Positions 61,107-64,000 of a DNA stretch of 64,000 nt are shown here, in pieces (position 1 is the stretch's first letter; each line of letters opens with the position of its first letter). Under the pieces are notes generated by a model that did no database searches, was not told where the DNA came from, and was given only the letters and a program-made list of their open reading frames with translations. The position numbers were made by a program, and so were the translations under genes. The stretch is from the human T2T-CHM13v2.0 reference genome, Homo sapiens: NCBI RefSeq assembly GCF_009914755.1, contig NC_060933.1; one strand, written 5' to 3'.

Positions 61107-61964
61107 GTGTATAAGTAACTATGACCCCAAATTGTTCAAGTCAAAAATAATGTGAGAATCTGCCCTTTACTTAGTACTTGATGAAAAAAATAGTTCACAA
61201 AGAGAGTTTTAAGAAATCTAACACATTGTTCGTTACCATTTTTTTCTGCTTGAAACACTTTTTGTTTTATCTTTATTTCTTACAGCCCATCATTTCTTCA
61301 AGGTCCAATTAAATTTTTGGGTGTTCCATGACACCTTACCTTAGTCCCAAATGATGATGGTTCTGTGACCATCTGTGATATAACACATGAACTCTTTACA
61401 ACAGAGTGATAACTCCTTACTCAATGTATAAAGTGCAGATTTTGATCAACATTTCCAAGACGGCAATGTAAAGAAAAATAGGTAGTTCAATGTTTCTTGC
61501 AGTTTATGAGCTAAAGTTACCCATTGTTCAGAAGTGAGCCATCCAATTCATCTTCTGGGAAACAGATGAAATCAACACCTTAATGTTAAAAAGGGTCTCA
61601 CTTTTGTATGGAAAACTAATAATTTTCTCTTATATGCTTTGTTTCTAAGGCAATGTCAAAAAGTTTTATGTCAAAAAGTTTCTAAACTCTATGAAATGTA
61701 TAGTTGCAAAAGCCTAGAAACTTCGTTCAGAAATATAGGTTAATTTAAAAATAGAAACTAATATTATCTCTTTTAAGAAAAAAAGCCAGAGATAATCTAC
61801 AAATCTACATATATCATAATTAACTACAACTATACTCAAGCACTATAAATCTTATTCACACAAAAGATATAATAGCATCTAATTCCTTGGAGTTACCTGT
61901 GAGTCATTAAGTTGCACAAAGAACTCCTCAAATATGAGGCTTGTAAAAAGTTCCTTTAAGTAAA

Positions 61965-62017
61965 ACACACACACACAGGCAGACTAAAACACACACACAT
62001 ACACACACACACACACA
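61965..62017. repeat. Compound (CA)n microsatellite
   Basis: Two CA runs, each preceded by taaaa. Confidence 0.9.
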
Positions 62018-64000
62018 ATTTTCTTCCAGAAGTTTTTTATTTCTTCATTGGAAACAAATTTTTTTCTTATAATATTTTGTACTTAAGCTTACCATGACTG
62101 AGAAATAATTTTTTTCAGCTAGTTAGCGCTGATGATGTCATCTGGGGGAATAATTGAACCAAAATACTTGAACACCTATTATATGAGAGTTTCATATCAA
62201 ACAACTACAAATGATTGAGGGAAGAAAATCATAAACATTATTAGAACTTTAATTTCAAAAAATAGAAATTCATGAAATTAAGAATACATTGAATTTTAAT
62301 TTCCAAGAATGCATATTTGGAAATCATATTTTTGAAAGAATAACTTCAATGTTATAAGAGAAATCTAGTGATAAGTAGCTACTTTTGAAATATGAGTTTT
62401 ATATATATTATAGAGCCTTGATTTTATACAGGACTGAAATATTCTTGTGCTGTCAATTTTCAGATTCTGCTAGTTAAAATGAGGAAAGTGCAGCTGGTCA
62501 TAGTCATTCTCTTATTAGGTAAGAAAATTATTTTTCCACAATAATCTTACTTAGTCTAATCCAGATTTGAGCTAAGAAATGGAGCTGAGAGTGTGCATTT
62601 TAGATTAAGGTTTGGCACAGTGTTATTCAACTATGCTTTGGGTTTACAGATTGGCAGCTATTCCCATTATCACTGTAGGAACAAGCAATGGATAAAGAAG
62701 TTAGGGCTGAGTGTGGAGAAAAAGAAGTCTAGGTCTTAAAGGAATATGAATGGTATGCTAAAAAGCTAGCACTTTACTCTGAAGTCATTCAAGGTTTCTG
62801 AGCAGGATGATGTGACCTAACATTGCTGTCCTATGATGCACTGCTCTATGCCTAGTCAAAGAGAAATTTTAAAGATAATTCTCGTAACAGGAAAGCTTTC
62901 TTCTCCTGTTTACTAAGCATCAATGATGAAGCTTCATTATTTGTCAATTCCACAGGAAAAACTGTCAAATTTACTGTCACCTTCAGCCTTGTCATTCTAT
63001 AAATATTTTCTTTTGACAAGGAGATACATATGTAAAGAAGAGCAGTGCTTTTCTGCTGGGCTCTGCAAATATACTAATACACCATAATATTTAATTTGAC
63101 AGTATAAAATACAATTGAAGCTTTATATTTAACATCAGTAAGAAAAATATTATATCCAGGAAGAAAAAAGAATAGCTTTGTTTGTGAAAATATGTTTTCT
63201 AGGGATCTCCTTTTTTTGAAAGATAGGAGAAAAACGTGATCAGCCAACCATTCATCAGGGACTTATTTTGTTGGAGGATACTCTAGGTGTTTTGTTTCTA
63301 CTTCCTCTTCCTCCTCCTACAAACATTTAGCTATTTACTCAATGTACTTGTAGTAAAAAGAAACAACACACCAATGAGTCCACTTATTCTACTTTTTCCC
63401 TACTCTGGCTAAAGTATCGTAGAAGAGAAGTATGAATCATTTAGAGTGAACATCTGGGGCTTTGTTTTTCCAGGTTTTTGCTGTCCCCCATTACTGGGGA
63501 AAAGAGAATTGGCTTCAAGTATCCCTGGGCATCAGGTATTTCCAAAGAAAAAGAAACTAGATATGCAGCTCCTAGATATTAGAAGCTAGTAAATAACAGG
63601 GAAGATTTTATTATAGGACAAAAACAATGCAGGATATATGTGGTAAATATGTAATTGGCAAATAAAATCGTTCATTTTAAAATAGTCATGCAATCAGTAA
63701 GCAACTAAAATTTTATGTCAAACTTGAAATTCTTGCACCAGTTCTCAGAATCAAATATTAATGATTTACGCGACCATCAGTATTCTGACTAGTCCGCTCT
63801 CTAATTAAAGATAAAGCTTAGCATCTACTAATGTCTTTCATAATTAGAAAAACTATTTAAAGGGAACTTATCTCTTGCATCTAAAATCTTACTACCTAAA
63901 TTCAAAAAAAATCATGGACAAAATATAGGCAGTGGTTTAATCCACATGTAAAGTAAAATGTTCTCACCAGTTAGTGAATTTAAAATATTGCTTGACACTA

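Overview
AT-rich primate (very probably human) intergenic or intronic DNA. I found no credible host protein-coding exon, RNA gene, CpG island or CRISPR array. The window is mostly transposable-element fossils: two complete MaLR elements (MSTB-like 1-2440, THE1A-like 28465-30746), several ERV1 and MaLR solo LTRs, L1 pieces of several ages, ten Alus, hAT MITEs and MIR/L2 relics. The only long ORF (2743-4236) is an internal L1PA ORF2 fragment. I see no new multi-gene system; the notable signals are structural and regulatory. (1) A two-part inverted copy of nearby DNA (30827-31238) is flanked by a 7-bp direct repeat, consistent with a template-switching repair scar. (2) A solo HERV-H LTR7 with the LTR7up-type SOX motif sits inside a MER41B LTR, with both target-site duplications (TSDs) intact. 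(3) A ~47-nt MER41-like 3' fragment has an A-rich tail and a 17-bp TSD, suggesting an L1-mobilised LTR transcript. (4) A tail-less AluY has a perfect TSD. (5) An L1 ORF2 insertion is truncated at both ends and lacks a TSD. (6) An internally deleted L1MA has a junction that creates an in-frame Kozak ATG. (7) A GGAA microsatellite has 18 units. Subfamily names come from recalled consensus sequences and need RepeatMasker/Dfam confirmation; TSDs and internal duplications were read directly from the sequence.
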